This document shows, piece after piece, positions 12,791-27,305 of a DNA stretch of 64,000 nucleotides; within the stretch, counting starts at the first letter, position 1; every line of letters begins with the position of its first letter. The DNA is from Paecilomyces variotii (lineage: Eukaryota), in NCBI GenBank assembly GCA_004022145.1, contig RCNU01000004.1. One strand, given 5' to 3'. The notes under the pieces were generated by a model. That model made no database searches. It saw nothing but the letters and a program-made list of their open reading frames with translations, and was not told where the DNA came from. Made by a program: the position numbers and the translations under genes.

Positions 12791-15464
12791 TCAATGACCG
12801 TAATTGCCTCCCCAGCCTCCGCGACCCGTGTTCCCATAATAGTTGCTTCCGAAACCTGCGCCTGCGTAATTACCGTATCCAGTACCCTGGTGGTGGCTCT
12901 GGCTGGCTGCAGCCTGGTGGTTTCCAAGTCCACCGAGACCACCGTATTGCGGGTTCAAATGAGGATAGGCACCAAAGCCTTGCTGACCCTGCTGGGCCTG
13001 CAGCGGGGGAAGCCCGGCTTGGGCCTGGGGTTGTCCAGGAACGCTGTTTGTAGCGGAACCAGGGCGGTTGGCCTGAGCCAGCGAGGGACTCGGGCCACCG
13101 GCCTTGGACGCTTCAAACGTCTTCGAGGCTTCTTCAGAAGTAACCGGCTGCTGCTGAGCGATCGGTTGGTTCTGACCGAAACCAGACTGCGCACGTCCAA
13201 AGACATCAGTCATACCAGAAGCGAAGGCGTTGCTACCAGCAGACTGCTGAGTTTCAGACGGCTGGGCGGATCCAGCACGTCCGTACATTGATTCACGACC
13301 AGGCAGACCCTGGTTGAAAGCACCTACATTGGCAGGAGAGGAGGAGTGGTCGTATGAGAACGCATGTTGCGGCTGACCATACATTCCACCCTTGCCGTAG
13401 GGACCGTACTGACTTCTATAGCCGTACTGGCTGCTGTGAGGCATATAATGATCATCGTATCTTCTGGCATCGTCGTACATCGGGCGATTCTGTCCATACT
13501 GGTGCTGCTGATTCATCTGGTTCATGTAAGAAGCGTAGTGGGGGTTAGAGTAGTATGGGTATCCGTAACCATAGCCACCGTGAGCAGCTTGAGCACCAGG
13601 AATGTGCTGTGCAGACGGCTGGGTGACAGTCGCGGCAGGCAGAGCAGGGTTCGGAGTGTTGTGACCACTGTTGGGAGCTTCAACATGGCCATAGCGAGCC
13701 GGAGGCTGGCTCGCAGGAATCTGCGGCTGGACTTCAGCGCCAGTGACGCCGAAGCCGGTCGCGGCCCTTGCGGTAGCATCCTGCGACTGACCGTACGTTC
13801 CATAGTAGTTGTATGGGAGACGCTGCTGGTCCGCAGCATAGAAAGGAGAATATTCACTACCAGTGGTAGCAGTTGGCTGAACGGGAGCCTGGTTCGAGAA
13901 AGGCTCCGGGATCTGGGGTTGCGGCTGAGTAACCGGCTGGGTAAAAGGGTCGTAGGGTTTCTGGGAATCGCCGTAACGAGCGAAATCGGTGAAAGAAGTA
14001 TCGGTAGAAGCTTGCGGAGCAGGAGGTAGACCAGGAGCGGGACGAGGGATAGCAGGGGCCTCTGCAGGCGGTTGAGCGTGGGTCGAGGGCGGCAACGAAG
14101 CACGAGGAGCAACGGGGGAGTGCTGCGGAGGCTGAGCGCGAGTCTCGGCCTCTTCTCTCTCTTCATCAACATCAACATCGTCAGCACCACCATTCAGGCC
14201 CATACTGCCAAATTGAACGGCAGCGCGATCGACGGCGTGATTGGCTGGCATGACCACTGCCTCCTGCTGTTCCATAACACGGCGCTGGTAGCCGGGTCCA
14301 CGGGCAGTGATGGAGGAGGTGGCCTTGTAGGCAGTTGCGGCGAAACCTGAGGTAGTGGTGGTACTGCGGGAAGGAGTCATGGTAGATAGGTTATCAGGAT
14401 CCTGGGCGCCAGCAATGGTGCTAGTCGTTGTAGCAGCTGCTGTTCCGGTAGGGGGAGGAACGGAGACATCAGGAACTTGCTCGAGGTTTTGCTTCGTGAG
14501 ATCGTCCTTAACTGGAGGGACATCTTCAGCCACAGTCTCAGCGGGTGCTTCAGCCGGCGCAACTTGTTCCTCTGGTGCCTTCTCAGCAGGAGCAGGAGCA
14601 GGTTCTGGTTCGGCTGGTTTCTGTTCAGGGACAGGTTCAGCTTGTTTCTCGACGGCAGGAGTAGCGGCAGGCGGTTGTTGCTTCTGAGGAGGTGGAGTCG
14701 GTTTCGCAAACAAGCTTGCCCATCCCGTCTTCGTACCCTCAGGTATGCCAGGGGGCTTAGGAACCTCCTTCGCTGGCTCCTTTGCACCCTCAGCAGTCTC
14801 TCCTGTGACTGTAGTATCAATAGCACCGGTCTTTGTGCTAACAGCAGCCTCAGCTGAACTGGTTGCTGTAGCGGGCTTCTCAGAACGAGTACCGTTGGTA
14901 TGAGCTCCTGCTCTACCACCACGGCCGCCGCGACCTCGATCTCCGCGACCGCGACCACGGCCCTCGAATCCGCCACGTCCACGGCCTCCACGAGTCGAGG
15001 CTGTGGTAGTTTCGGGCTGATGGCTCTGGGCCTCTTTGACCTTGGATCGGGACCTGTCTGCGGTCGTCTTCTTCTTGACCTCTCCCCACTGCGACACATT
15101 ACCTTTACCGAGTCGTCAGCAATTGCACCGGACAGATTCGAAAACGTATACTCGTACCTTCAGTTATGCGCTCAATCGCACTTTCGAGATCGCCGTTCGA
15201 ATCCTCCAGTGCGAAGACCAGATCATCCTCAGTCCAGTCTTCAAACAGTTCTCTCAGCGCAGGCAGCTCGTTCGAGTATTTCTTCTTGAGCTGTCCAATA
15301 TCTCCCTCATCATCGTACGACGTCGGAGTAGAGGCATTGTCTGTGGTGTCGAGCTTTGCGGACCTGCTACCGCCGCGACCGCCTCTAGAGCTGTAGCCAC
15401 CTCTGCCACCACGGACAGAGCCTCTGCCACGAGGGGCTGATGGTCTCGATTGAACCTCAGACAT
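12791..15464 (-). CDS. def1: Def1-like RNA polymerase II degradation factor (CUE domain, RGG boxes, Q/G/Y-rich low-complexity C-terminus)
   Basis: Exon 1 15464-15158 with CUE-like LRELFEDWTEDDLVFALEDSNGDLESAIERITEG; intron 15157-15103; exon 2 with SQWGEVKKK, RGG repeats and a prion-like tail. Confidence 0.85.
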
Positions 15465-16089
15465 GTCTTCGGTCCTGATGTGAAGGGTTTGTGAGGAGGA
15501 GTAATCCAGGTATGTGTCGGAAGGGAGTAAGACGGAGAGTTCGTCAGGATGTGAGCGACGGAGAGGGATTGGAAGATTGGTCGGGTGAGCTAAGTTAGTG
15601 AAAAGAAAAAGCGGGTGTAGGGTGGAAGATCAACGATGCTCCCTCTCAGAGAGGTCGGCACCAGAACCGCAGCAAAGAGGCCGCCAGATTCAAGATGCAC
15701 AAAGCAGAAGGGCTGAGTAGGAAAGGTAGAAGTTTGGGCCTTGTTGGAAGGATGAGGCGTGTAAGGGAGAGGCAACTTTCGCGTTCTGTGCTTTAGCGAG
15801 CGGCGCTAGAGTTGACTCGGGGAGGCTGGGTTTTGAGCAGCGTCACCACTCCGCCTTGTCTTTCCTCTCTCTCTCTCTCTCTATTCACCATTCCCCACCG
15901 GACTGCCATCTGGTTTATCTAGTCTATCTAGCAGCGTTGATTAACTATTCTTCTCTAGCGGTCTCCTCGCTTCCTGCAGCTGCTTTGCTTTCTGCTTCCA
16001 CTCCGTCTGCGTTGGTGCATGCACATTGGCCATTGGCCTGACCTTCGGGCATCGTCCATGTCACGCAATCAGTCACTTCCTCCAGCACT

Positions 16090-17358
16090 ATGAAGGGGAC
16101 GTCGATCCTCAATTTCAAACCCTGGAGAAAGATCCATCCTCCCCTGCCTCGTACGCCTCGTGAGTCTCAGCAGCTGCTGAACGCTCTCACCTCGTCCTTC
16201 CGTCGCCAGCTGGACCAGGCCTATCCACCGTTGGACCAAGCGCAACAGAATAATAATGAGAAAGATGCCCGAGATTCAGAGACGTCAGCGCATGCTGCCG
16301 ATAAACATCTCCAATCCATCCTCGACAACCCACTGTTCAAAGTTGTCCCTTCTCAGACCATCTTCTCCTCGGTTTCCAAGTCCGACACTCAGAGCAGGCG
16401 AGCATTGCAGAAGAGACTCGCCAAAGAACCCATGGTCGTATTTGATGAACTAGTAGCGTCGGGCCATGTGGAAGTGACATCTCTGGTCGATTGTCTCAAG
16501 GCTCAGCTTTACCTGACCGGCTCAGGAGATGGCGCCCGCGAAGCTATGAAAAGCTCCGGCGCCGGGAAGAGACTCGTTTCTTGGTTTTGGGCCTCCGATC
16601 CATCTTCCAGAAAATTGCTATTTAAATCACGCAACGCCACATCGACCGCTCTCAAATTCATGGTCGCGGAAGACTTGCAAGATACAGTCATGGTCTGGCT
16701 GAGGATGTTGGGCAAGAATGATCTGGGAGGTGTCGATGGTCAGATACCCCAGGCTGTGGTGCCGCGGGTATTCAAGTCCTTTTTGTCGGACTTCATAGCG
16801 GCCGAAGTCCGCTACGGACGAGGAGTTGTCTCTGCACTAGATTATTACTTGCAGGCTTTCAGGATGTGCTCTTTCTCGATATCCCCGTCTACTCCCGACT
16901 CGAGGAACACGATGCTCGTTGCCGCCGCCACTCAGCTGGCTCACTGGATCGTCGACAATGCCCAGGGCCAAGCAATCAAAGACATACCTGCCTCACTATA
17001 TCAGCAATTTTGTGAAGCTATATCCACAATAACTACGCGGCCTTTCCTGAGTGCCTCCGCTTGGCTCTATAATCCCACAAATCCCGATGCCCGACCGCTT
17101 CTGGAGTATGCGAAATCTGTTCCATCACATATATATAGTAGCTGGAAGGAACCTAGGAAGGAGATATTCCTCAAGGTCAGCCTGGACGCTGTCAGATTCA
17201 TGATGGAGCGAAAGGAATTCCGCGATGCTACTTGGCTAGTGCAACACGTCAAACAACTACTGTCAGATGAGCAATCTGCGGTCAAGGAAACAAAAGAGTC
17301 TCGATCTCGTTCGAGTCAGGAAGTCATGCTACACCATTTGGACCTCGCTCTGGCCTAG
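16090..17358 (+). CDS. Hypothetical protein (422 aa), divergent from def1
   Basis: Long intronless ATG-initiated ORF; N-terminal IHPPLPRTPRESQQLLNALTSSFRRQLD looks like a conserved fungal segment. No function recognised. Confidence 0.85.
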   Translation: MKGTSILNFKPWRKIHPPLPRTPRESQQLLNALTSSFRRQLDQAYPPLDQAQQNNNEKDARDSETSAHAADKHLQSILDNPLFKVVPSQTIFSSVSKSDTQSRRALQKRLAKEPMVVFDELVASGHVEVTSLVDCLKAQLYLTGSGDGAREAMKSSGAGKRLVSWFWASDPSSRKLLFKSRNATSTALKFMVAEDLQDTVMVWLRMLGKNDLGGVDGQIPQAVVPRVFKSFLSDFIAAEVRYGRGVVSALDYYLQAFRMCSFSISPSTPDSRNTMLVAAATQLAHWIVDNAQGQAIKDIPASLYQQFCEAISTITTRPFLSASAWLYNPTNPDARPLLEYAKSVPSHIYSSWKEPRKEIFLKVSLDAVRFMMERKEFRDATWLVQHVKQLLSDEQSAVKETKESRSRSSQEVMLHHLDLALA

Positions 17359-17944
17359 TTGCAGCGGTATGTCAGGAAAGGATTTTCTCCACGTTTCCGG
17401 AATTACAGCCAGGACAGGGTCATACCATTATTACTGAGGCGACCTGCTGGCTTCTCCATGTCTCTCCGCTTTGGACTACGTAAGCATGTGGCTTTAGTTT
17501 CGGAACTCTACATCAGGTTGGGGTCTATGTTGAATTGACCGTCCTCTCCTCATTCGCTCGTGTTCGACGATGAAGATGTGGGCTCCGCACAGCGAAAGCG
17601 GAGCTGAGTCGGAAGCTGAGCATGCTGTTCAATTGCCCCTCATATGATTGATTAAGCTTCGTTTCTATTTCCGGGTTCTCGGATTTTCGCTTCATCTGGG
17701 CTGAACGGGGACTGGCTTAGGTAAACACCAACCACCACCTGCTCTGACCGCGCATTGCCCAACTTGACGGCTTTGTGTCTTATCAGGTATCGGCTTTCCA
17801 TACATTGTTGTCCTCTGAAATACAAGGCAGGCCATCTGATTCCGAGTTCCGATCTCAACTCTTGCTTTGACGATCTTCTCAAGATAGCCATCGAACGGCA
17901 CTTGTTCTCTGCCCTGTTCCAGCACACGACGTCACTCACCTGAT

Positions 17945-18546
17945 ATGGCTACCGAGGGAATACGAACGGCTTCGGGTATGTGACTTCTATCTCTGCTTCC
18001 TAAGTCTCAGCCGCTTGCTGGAAATGGGATCGTCTCAAGCAATATGGATGCTTAATTACGCGTTGCATCCTTTCGGTCCGAAGCTGACTGCGACTCTTAG
18101 AAGCCAATGATGCGCTTGGGGCTGAGGAGAAGAATGGTCCTACCAAGGATGTTGAGTCACAGCAGAGAAGTCCTCGAGTGACTGATGAACCGAAGCCTGA
18201 TGAGAAATTTGCTGCTCTCGGAGAAACAGAGGCATTGCAACCGCCAGCAACGGAAGATAGTAATGGGCCGAAAACTGGTGAAAAGAGGCCGATCAATGGA
18301 AGCGATAACTCAGGGAATGGAAATAAGGATGGCGAGCAAAGTGGTGAATCTTCAGAAAAGAAGCAGAAGGCTGAGCAACCCTCCGAAGCAGAATATCGAC
18401 CAGTCGATCCCTCTGCATCTAATGACGGAGAGAAGAAAAAGCAGCCTGGTCGGCCAACGAAACTGAAGGATGCCTCAAAGAAGCCAACCCCACGCTCCAC
18501 GGAAGGGATTGGAAGCCGGACGAGGAGCCGGACCAAGGCAACGTGA
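17945..18546 (+). CDS. Small charged disordered hypothetical protein (about 158 aa) with AT-hook-like QPGRP and basic C-terminus
   Basis: ATG 17945 (MATEGIRTAS), intron 17976-18100 (GTATGT...GCTGAC...TAG), in frame with ORF 18178-18546 ending GIGSRTRSRTKAT. Confidence 0.75.
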
Positions 18547-19068
18547 CGGCGAGACTGTTTAAAACCGGCTTCCTCCTTCGTTACAAAGCAGTCGAGTCCA
18601 TCGGATTCCTGGACTTTTTTTTCCCTTTCCCTCTCTTCCCCAAGTCAGCTCGTTCTTCCTCTATCCTAGAAACCCGAGCCTGGCTCTTTACGAACAGACA
18701 TCACCCGCTCGGTCCATTCTACCTACCACAATAGCCAAATCTAGAGTCTGTGGACGCACAGGTCTAGTTGTCTAATCTGTCGATCGCATTCCCTCAACAC
18801 TTTCAGTAGTCGCACGAAATTCCGGTTCTAACCCGTGATCTCCAATTGTTCAAATCTTGTTGGTCGATCAATGCCTTTGCTGTAGGAAATACTCCGTATA
18901 CGGTTTGCCGTAGTTAGGCAGAGTAAGGGTCCATGGATGGCAAATCATCAGCATATAGCTACCTGGGTAACTGGTTGCTTGTGAGTGGCCACCGGTGTCG
19001 GAGGGGAAGAACAATTGCCCCCCGATGTCGCCGGAAATGGAAATTCTAGTCCCCCGCGGGCGGATCGC

Positions 19069-19075
19069 TGAGTCA
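19069..19075. promoter_or_regulatory. Putative CpcA/Gcn4 site TGAGTCA about 80 bp upstream of lys1
   Basis: Perfect TGA(C/G)TCA directly upstream of an amino-acid biosynthetic gene. Confidence 0.55.
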
Positions 19076-19153
19076 ATAGATTATTGCTGCCCGCTTTGGC
19101 ATATACTTGCACAACTTCTTTTTGTCAAGCAAATAAAACCGTTGACGCTGAAT

Positions 19154-20815
<1,662 letters not shown>

Positions 20816-22106
20816 TCTTGGAGCGCTCGAATGCCGATCATCTCGTCCTCGTGATGAAGTCCAGAAACACTCGAGAATTCACTTCGTGTTGACGTTTTCC
20901 ATAAAGAAAATGGCCTCCAGTGCCGACAGGTGTATAGGATGCATATATTAGACGTGGATTTACTATGGAAATAGTTGTTACATAACTACGCGTGATGTAT
21001 TCGCGTTACGCACCGGATCACTATAACTCTGTCCCCGATCAGGTAGACCGTCAGGTAGTAAAAGAGAAGACTAGCATCCCGGATGGTGGTAGGTATCTTG
21101 GAGTCATGACCGCGTAGAACGAAGCCGAGGCTAGACTTTCGCAGACAAGCTACCAGGTATAGCTGATCGGCAGGATTGTCTTCAGCCGGCGTCGATCATT
21201 TTGCGGCGACGGCTTCATCCGGAGATAGACCAGACGAACCCTGCCATTTTTCTCGGTTGCAGAAAAAGAAGAAGAACAAGGAGACTGTTTAGCTGTGGGA
21301 TGCTGTCTACTATAGACGATGCGATGAGATTTTCTCGATTTTCTAGCAGCGAGCTTACTTGTTTGAGATACACATAACCTGAGTCGCTATGTATTAACCC
21401 CGGTCACCCCGCGCGGCTACTGCGGCCAGCCGTCTCCGACTTGCAGAACTTCTTCGCTGCAGAAGGAAACAGGAGGGAAGAGATCCCATGGATGGCTTTC
21501 AAATCGATCATCTTTGCAACCGCATGATCGGGTACATATCAAGCGAACTTCATGAAATCCACAGTGTATCAATACAATCGAACGGCTGAGAACGTGTGGA
21601 GATCAATTCAATAATGGGTCTCTGGGGTTCGGAGATGCCGCCCCTCCGACGCCTGGAGAGAGTGGTGCTTGGCACGCATCGACACCGCTGCGTTCTACTG
21701 CTCCTTTTTCTTCCTATCTTTCCGGTGAAAGAGACAGATTCCCACGGCCGATTGATTCGCGGTATCGTGAAGCTGGGCAAGGTCTTCCAGGTTTGTTTTC
21801 CGTGTTCTTCACCCGCTGGCCACAACCCAGCAAGTCCTACTGACATCTTCCCGACGCCGCAGTGATATAACCGAACGGGAAAATAGGGAGGATTTATATT
21901 CTCAGAGGGAGCTGTGGAGGATAACCAAAGAGAATCGCCCCAAGGGGCGGGGTCCAGTTTGACATTTACAATCTTTGGCCCTTGTTCCCCAGCTCACCTC
22001 CGCTGCTCGCCTGCCAGGACTCGAGAGAAATGATCCCCATGCTTGCTAGCCGACCTCCTGCCATTTCCTGTATATAACCACCGATCGCTACATTGTCTCG
22101 ACTTTC

Positions 22107-24041
22107 ATGCCCGACAAGCCTGCCACTGTTGCCGCATATGCGGCGGGGGCGTCCCTCGCCGCTATCACGCTGTTCTACGTCTTCGGGCCTAACTTCACTA
22201 TCGATGGCGATGATTCAAGTAACAACAACCGCAAAAACGGCATCGTGGGCCTCTCGAACCCCGCCAATGACTGCTTCATTAATTCCGTGCTGCAAGCCCT
22301 CGCAGGGCTCGGGGACTTGCGTCTATACTTGATCAGAGAACTTCACCGGCGCGAGCTCGATGGACCAGAGGTGTATGATGTGCTGCCGGAGCCGCAGGAT
22401 ATGCCGAGGGACCAGAGGCCTGAGAGGCTCAGGGAGCTACAGCAGGGGACGGTTACAAAGGCCTTGAAGGAAATGCTGGACCGGCTCAACGAACGACCGA
22501 TTTACAAAAAGACCATTTCTGCGAGGCCGTTCATTCAGGCCCTCGAGTATGCGTTCCGCACGCGGATCAGCCGCAATCAGCAGGATGCTCAAGAGTTCTT
22601 GCAGATTGTCGCGGAAAGACTCAGTGATGAGTATCATGCTGGGATCAAAGCCAGGCAGCATATGCCGATGTTGGTTGACCCGTCGTTCGACGCAGATGCA
22701 TCCACGCAGCCCACACAGGATCCAGACGCCGCGATGAACCAGAAGGAAACCAGTGAAATTGAGGTGCGAATTGACGATAAGTCAGAGAATGGCCTACCAG
22801 CTGTTCTGACTACGAAACTGAAAGAGACGGATAACGAGTATGGCTTTCCGTTTGAAGGCCAGCTGGAATCGCAAATCGAGTGTCAATTTTGCCACTATCA
22901 GTACAAGCCGAATAAAACATCGTTCGTGAATCTCACGTTGCAGGTGCCCCAAGCGAGCTCGACTACGCTAAATTCCTGCTTCGACGGTCTTCTCAAGACG
23001 GAGTACATCGATGACTTCCGGTGCGACAAGTGTCGATTACAGCATGCGCTGGAAACCAAGATCAAAGAGAAATCTCGAGCTCATGCGGAGGAAGAAAGGG
23101 AAAGGATTGCGACGGAAATAGGGCTGATCAAGGAAGCGTTGGAAAACGATCCAGAGCACTTACCGGACGGGGTGACGATGCCGCCCTCAGATCTAGCACC
23201 GAAACGGAGGATCGCGAGGCATATGCGGATAGTAGTCTTCCCCAAAATCATCGCTATTCATTTATCGCGCTCTATATTCGATCACAGCAGCTCCACCAAG
23301 AACGCAGCCAAAGTGTCTTTCCCGGAGCGTCTCCCCCTAGGCGGCATTCTGACGCGCAAATGGTATAAGTTGTTGGCCATTGTGTGTCACAAAGGAAGCC
23401 ATCAGAGTGGTCATTACGAGTCCTTCCGGAGAAATAACTTGTATCCTCCTTTCTCCACGCCCGACGTCTTCAGGTCCTTCGCTCAGAGCCGGGCGGCCAG
23501 TGAGAACCCTTCCAGAGCCCCCAGCCCACGGATCAGAGCAAAGAACTCTGCAGAGCAAGAGCCTGGGTCTTTGAACCTTTCTCCCGCAGAATCGTCGGCG
23601 TCACTCTCCAGTCCCACCCTGCCGTCTCCCGCTACATCTCTTCCAGTCCCGCAGTCGCGAGAAACCACGCGTCCAACGTCGAGTCCCCGTGTGTCCTTCC
23701 AGAGCGGTCGTTCGAAGTCATCGTCGAAGTTGATGTCCTCATCCACTCCGGAAGGGAGGGACTCTTCCACATCACCGTCTCTACGGTTGCGTAATTCCAA
23801 GTCGAGCCTCTCGTTGTCCAAGGGCAATGGCGGGCCGCGACCTTCTACGGAGGCCTCATCGGGGGCTCCCTCTCGGTTTCGTCGCAAGCGTAAACACATG
23901 GACCGATGGTGGCGGATATCAGATGAGAAAGTCAAGGAATGCAAGACGGCAGATGTGCTTGGCATGCAGAGGGAGGTCTATCTCCTTTTCTATGAGATTG
24001 AAAAACCGGACGCCAGCCCTCATGGGGCGGATGATGCTTGA
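22107..24041 (+). CDS. Ubiquitin C-terminal hydrolase (USP family, Ubp16/USP30-like with N-terminal membrane anchor)
   Basis: Cys box GLSNPANDCFINSVLQAL, QQDAQEF, His box HKGSHQSGHY, WWRISDE after a Ser-rich insert; hydrophobic N-terminus AAYAAGASLAAITLFYVFG. Confidence 0.93.
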   Translation: MPDKPATVAAYAAGASLAAITLFYVFGPNFTIDGDDSSNNNRKNGIVGLSNPANDCFINSVLQALAGLGDLRLYLIRELHRRELDGPEVYDVLPEPQDMPRDQRPERLRELQQGTVTKALKEMLDRLNERPIYKKTISARPFIQALEYAFRTRISRNQQDAQEFLQIVAERLSDEYHAGIKARQHMPMLVDPSFDADASTQPTQDPDAAMNQKETSEIEVRIDDKSENGLPAVLTTKLKETDNEYGFPFEGQLESQIECQFCHYQYKPNKTSFVNLTLQVPQASSTTLNSCFDGLLKTEYIDDFRCDKCRLQHALETKIKEKSRAHAEEERERIATEIGLIKEALENDPEHLPDGVTMPPSDLAPKRRIARHMRIVVFPKIIAIHLSRSIFDHSSSTKNAAKVSFPERLPLGGILTRKWYKLLAIVCHKGSHQSGHYESFRRNNLYPPFSTPDVFRSFAQSRAASENPSRAPSPRIRAKNSAEQEPGSLNLSPAESSASLSSPTLPSPATSLPVPQSRETTRPTSSPRVSFQSGRSKSSSKLMSSSTPEGRDSSTSPSLRLRNSKSSLSLSKGNGGPRPSTEASSGAPSRFRRKRKHMDRWWRISDEKVKECKTADVLGMQREVYLLFYEIEKPDASPHGADDA

Positions 24042-25568
24042 TGCACCTGACGAGGGATAGTAGAAAACCCTCCCTTTTCTTTTTCCTTTTCTTGCATATG
24101 TTGCATGTAAGTTCACTATTTTCTGTGTACTTCATGCGTGAGATGACCGCATACATACACATAACTACATAACTCTACATACAACCGCTCGCACGGCTTC
24201 TTGGCAATCCAACCTTCCCTATTTGGCAATTGAGTAGGCGATATACGGTAGATCCATTGTTACAAACCGCGACAGGCGCAGAAGTCTGGCAGCGTTGACG
24301 CCCAGTTCTTTGGGTGAAGAGAGTCGAGAGCAACGAGTTTTGCTGATCTAGGTCTACATGCTGTGCATTGTTGTCCAAGATACGTGGCCCTCTTATTCAG
24401 GTCAGTCATGGGACGCCTGTGGAACGGTCTGCGAGAGCGGTCTACCATACACTGATAGAGTATGGTTACTATGGTATAACTGGGGCGAATATTAGGTAGA
24501 CTGGAAAGATACCCGAGACCAGAATGGGCCGCCATTATCATTCTAAGGTACTACTATACCGGTATATCATACTCTAGAGCTCTAAACCCATACAAACGGT
24601 CGCGGGTCCGTTTAGGTAGTCAGTGATGGCTAGAAGCGATCTACTATTGTACGACGATTGCCCTTGTCGACGTGCCTATGACAGCAGCAGAGGGTCAGTA
24701 GTAGTCTCGACTTGTTCTTCCCCGTCAATCGGGAGACTTCATCGCCAACAAGTGGGGGATCCGGGGAGAAGCTCGACGGCAACCTCAACGTCTGAGGGGA
24801 GGGCAGTGGGCAGGCCTGATCCACCGGATGGGAGGATGGACCATATAGTAGTACATACAGTAACTAACTACTACTCTAGGTAGAGTAAGTAGAATCGAAA
24901 TCAGCAGAAGAGGTTCGAAGGGCCAAGACAGCAGAGGTCAAACAACTGAACGGCAGAGTGATTGTCCGGGGAAGTGTGAATCCGAAAGCTACACGGGAAG
25001 CACGAAAGAGATACGGAGAAGAGGAGGTTTCTTTGCAGCAGAGACTATCATACTAGAGGTCATGCGCCAAAGGAGGATCTAGATCTTTATCTGTGGTAGT
25101 AATGAATTATACAGTACCAGTGATAATTGATTCTTCGTAAGCAGGGACCGCAGTTAACTAGTTAACTACCTAGGTAGTAGTCATCGATGCCTCGAAGGTC
25201 CTTAATGATCCTGCACGGTGCCTGGGAACTGTCTGTAATGGGGATAACTCTATCATACAAGATCTATGCAGATACTCTACCATATACACAATCATAATCA
25301 TAATCGTAATAATCATAACTGTACTCTAACCATACTTCCAGAAAACCCACCACCAGAGACAATGCGATACTCCGTACTTAGCAACAACCGCGGTTATCAA
25401 CAGCTGGCGGCATCGGGCCCATGGAAGAGAGCAGAAAGAGGCAGGACGGGGCATTTCGGAGCACGGGGGGAGCGAAGCAACATGGAACAGCGTCATCGCC
25501 CGACCAAAACCCCACCGGCAGCAAACGAGGGGCAGCAAAGCAAGCAACAAGGGAAGACGGTTAAGGTG

Positions 25569-25983
25569 TATTATTTATTATATCATCGCCTTTCATCTCT
25601 TTCGCTCTCTCTCTCTTTTTCTCTCCTTCTCCCCTCATCTTCTCTGCCCTGTTGTCTCTGGTCTCCCCAGTCTAGCATTTACCATAACTGTCTACCGGGA
25701 TTGAATCATACTGACCTCAGTTGCTCCCGCGATTCTGCTGTCTTGCTCCACCAACGCCAAACCGGTGAGTTCTTCGAGTTATGACGGAGCTGCCCTTGCC
25801 CACCCTGCCCCTCACTAGTGGCTCCTTGTGCTGCCATCACACCACCTATTTAATTTCCCCTCTACCGCCCCCCTCCAGCTGTAAAGGGAGAAAAAAAATA
25901 AAAGACGAAAAGGAAATCAGATATTATTGCGTCTCTCTGTCATTTATTGCTTACTGACACGGAGAGTTTGCTGTCCTTACTAG
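25569..25983 (+). promoter_or_regulatory. fbaA core promoter (TATA-like element plus CT box) and 5'-UTR intron
   Basis: TATTATTTATTATAT at about 25569, then a long CT-rich tract; GTGAGT 25765 ... CTGAC ... TAG 25983 ends 34 nt before the ATG. Confidence 0.6.
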
Positions 25984-26017
25984 AATTTGAGCCATTGCCC
26001 GATCGCAATCATTCATC

Positions 26018-26885
26018 ATGGGTGTCCTCGAGAAGCTGAGCCGCAAGACCGGTGTCATCGTCGGTGACGATGTCCTCCGTCTCTTTGAGTACGCTCAGGA
26101 GAAGAACTTTGCCATTCCCGCCATTGTGAGTTTTGCCTTGCATTGCATTCATGATCCATCCCTTGTACGGTGATGGCTCAGACTGACATTGCGGTTTAGA
26201 ACGTCACCTCTTCTTCTACCGTTGTCGCTGCCCTCGAGGCTGCCCGCGACCAGAACTGCCCCGTCATCCTGCAGCTCTCCAACGGTGGTGCCGCTTACTT
26301 CGCTGGCAAGGTAGGTTCTACTGCATGGTCCAAAAAAGGAGGGAGTAGACAAGTGATACTGATCTTTTCTTCTCAGGGTGTCCCCAACGGCAAGCAGGAG
26401 GCCTCCATTGCTGGTGGTATCGCCGCTGCTCACTACATCCGTAGCGTCGCTCCCGCCTACGGCATCCCCGTCATTCTGCACACCGACCACTGTGCTAAGA
26501 AGCTGCTGCCATGGCTCGACGGCCTGCTCGATGAGGACGAGAAGTACTTCAAGCTGCACGGCGAGCCCCTCTTCTCTAGCCACATGATCGACCTGTCGGA
26601 GGAGTCCGTCGACTACAACATCCAGACCACTGCTGCCTACCTCAAGCGTGCTGCTCCCATGAAGCAGTGGCTCGAGATGGTGAGTTGTTTCTCTCTGCTG
26701 TCGCTGTTTGCCATTTCATGAATTTGGATGCTGACTACTCGTAGGAAATCGGTATCACTGGTGGTGAGGAGGACGGTGTCAACAACGAGGATGTCGACAA
26801 CAACTCCCTTTACACCCAGCCCGAGGACATTCTCGCCATCCGCAACGCCCTCGCCCCCATCAGCCCCTACTTCTCCATTGCCGCT

Positions 26886-26920
<35 letters not shown>

Positions 26921-27305
26921 CAACGTCCGTCTCCACCCTGAGCTGCTCAAGAAGCACCAGGCCTACGTCAAGGAGAAGATCGGTTCCCCCAAGGACAAGC
27001 CCATCTTCTTCGTCTTCCACGGTGGTTCCGGATCCTCCAAGGCGGAGTACAAGGAGGCTATCAGCTACGGTGTCGTCAAGGTCAACGTCGACACTGACAT
27101 GCAGTACGCTTACCTGTCCGGTATCCGTGACTACATCCTGAACAAGAAGGACTACCTCATGCAGCCCGTCGGCAACCCTGATGGTGCCGACAAGCCCAAC
27201 AAGAAGTACTTCGACCCCCGCGTCTGGGTTCGTGAGGGTGAGAAGTCCATGAGCAAGCGCGTCCAGGAAGCTCTGGAGGACTTCAACACTGCTGGTCAGC
27301 TGTAA
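26018..27305 (+). CDS. fbaA: Fructose-bisphosphate aldolase, class II
   Basis: MGVLEKLSRKTGVIVGDD, FAIPAINVTSSS, LHTDHCAKKL, SSHMIDLSEE, EMEIGITGGEEDG, FGNVHGVYKPG, FHGGSGS; introns 26126-26199, 26311-26376, 26680-26744; strongly C-ending codons. Confidence 0.98.
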
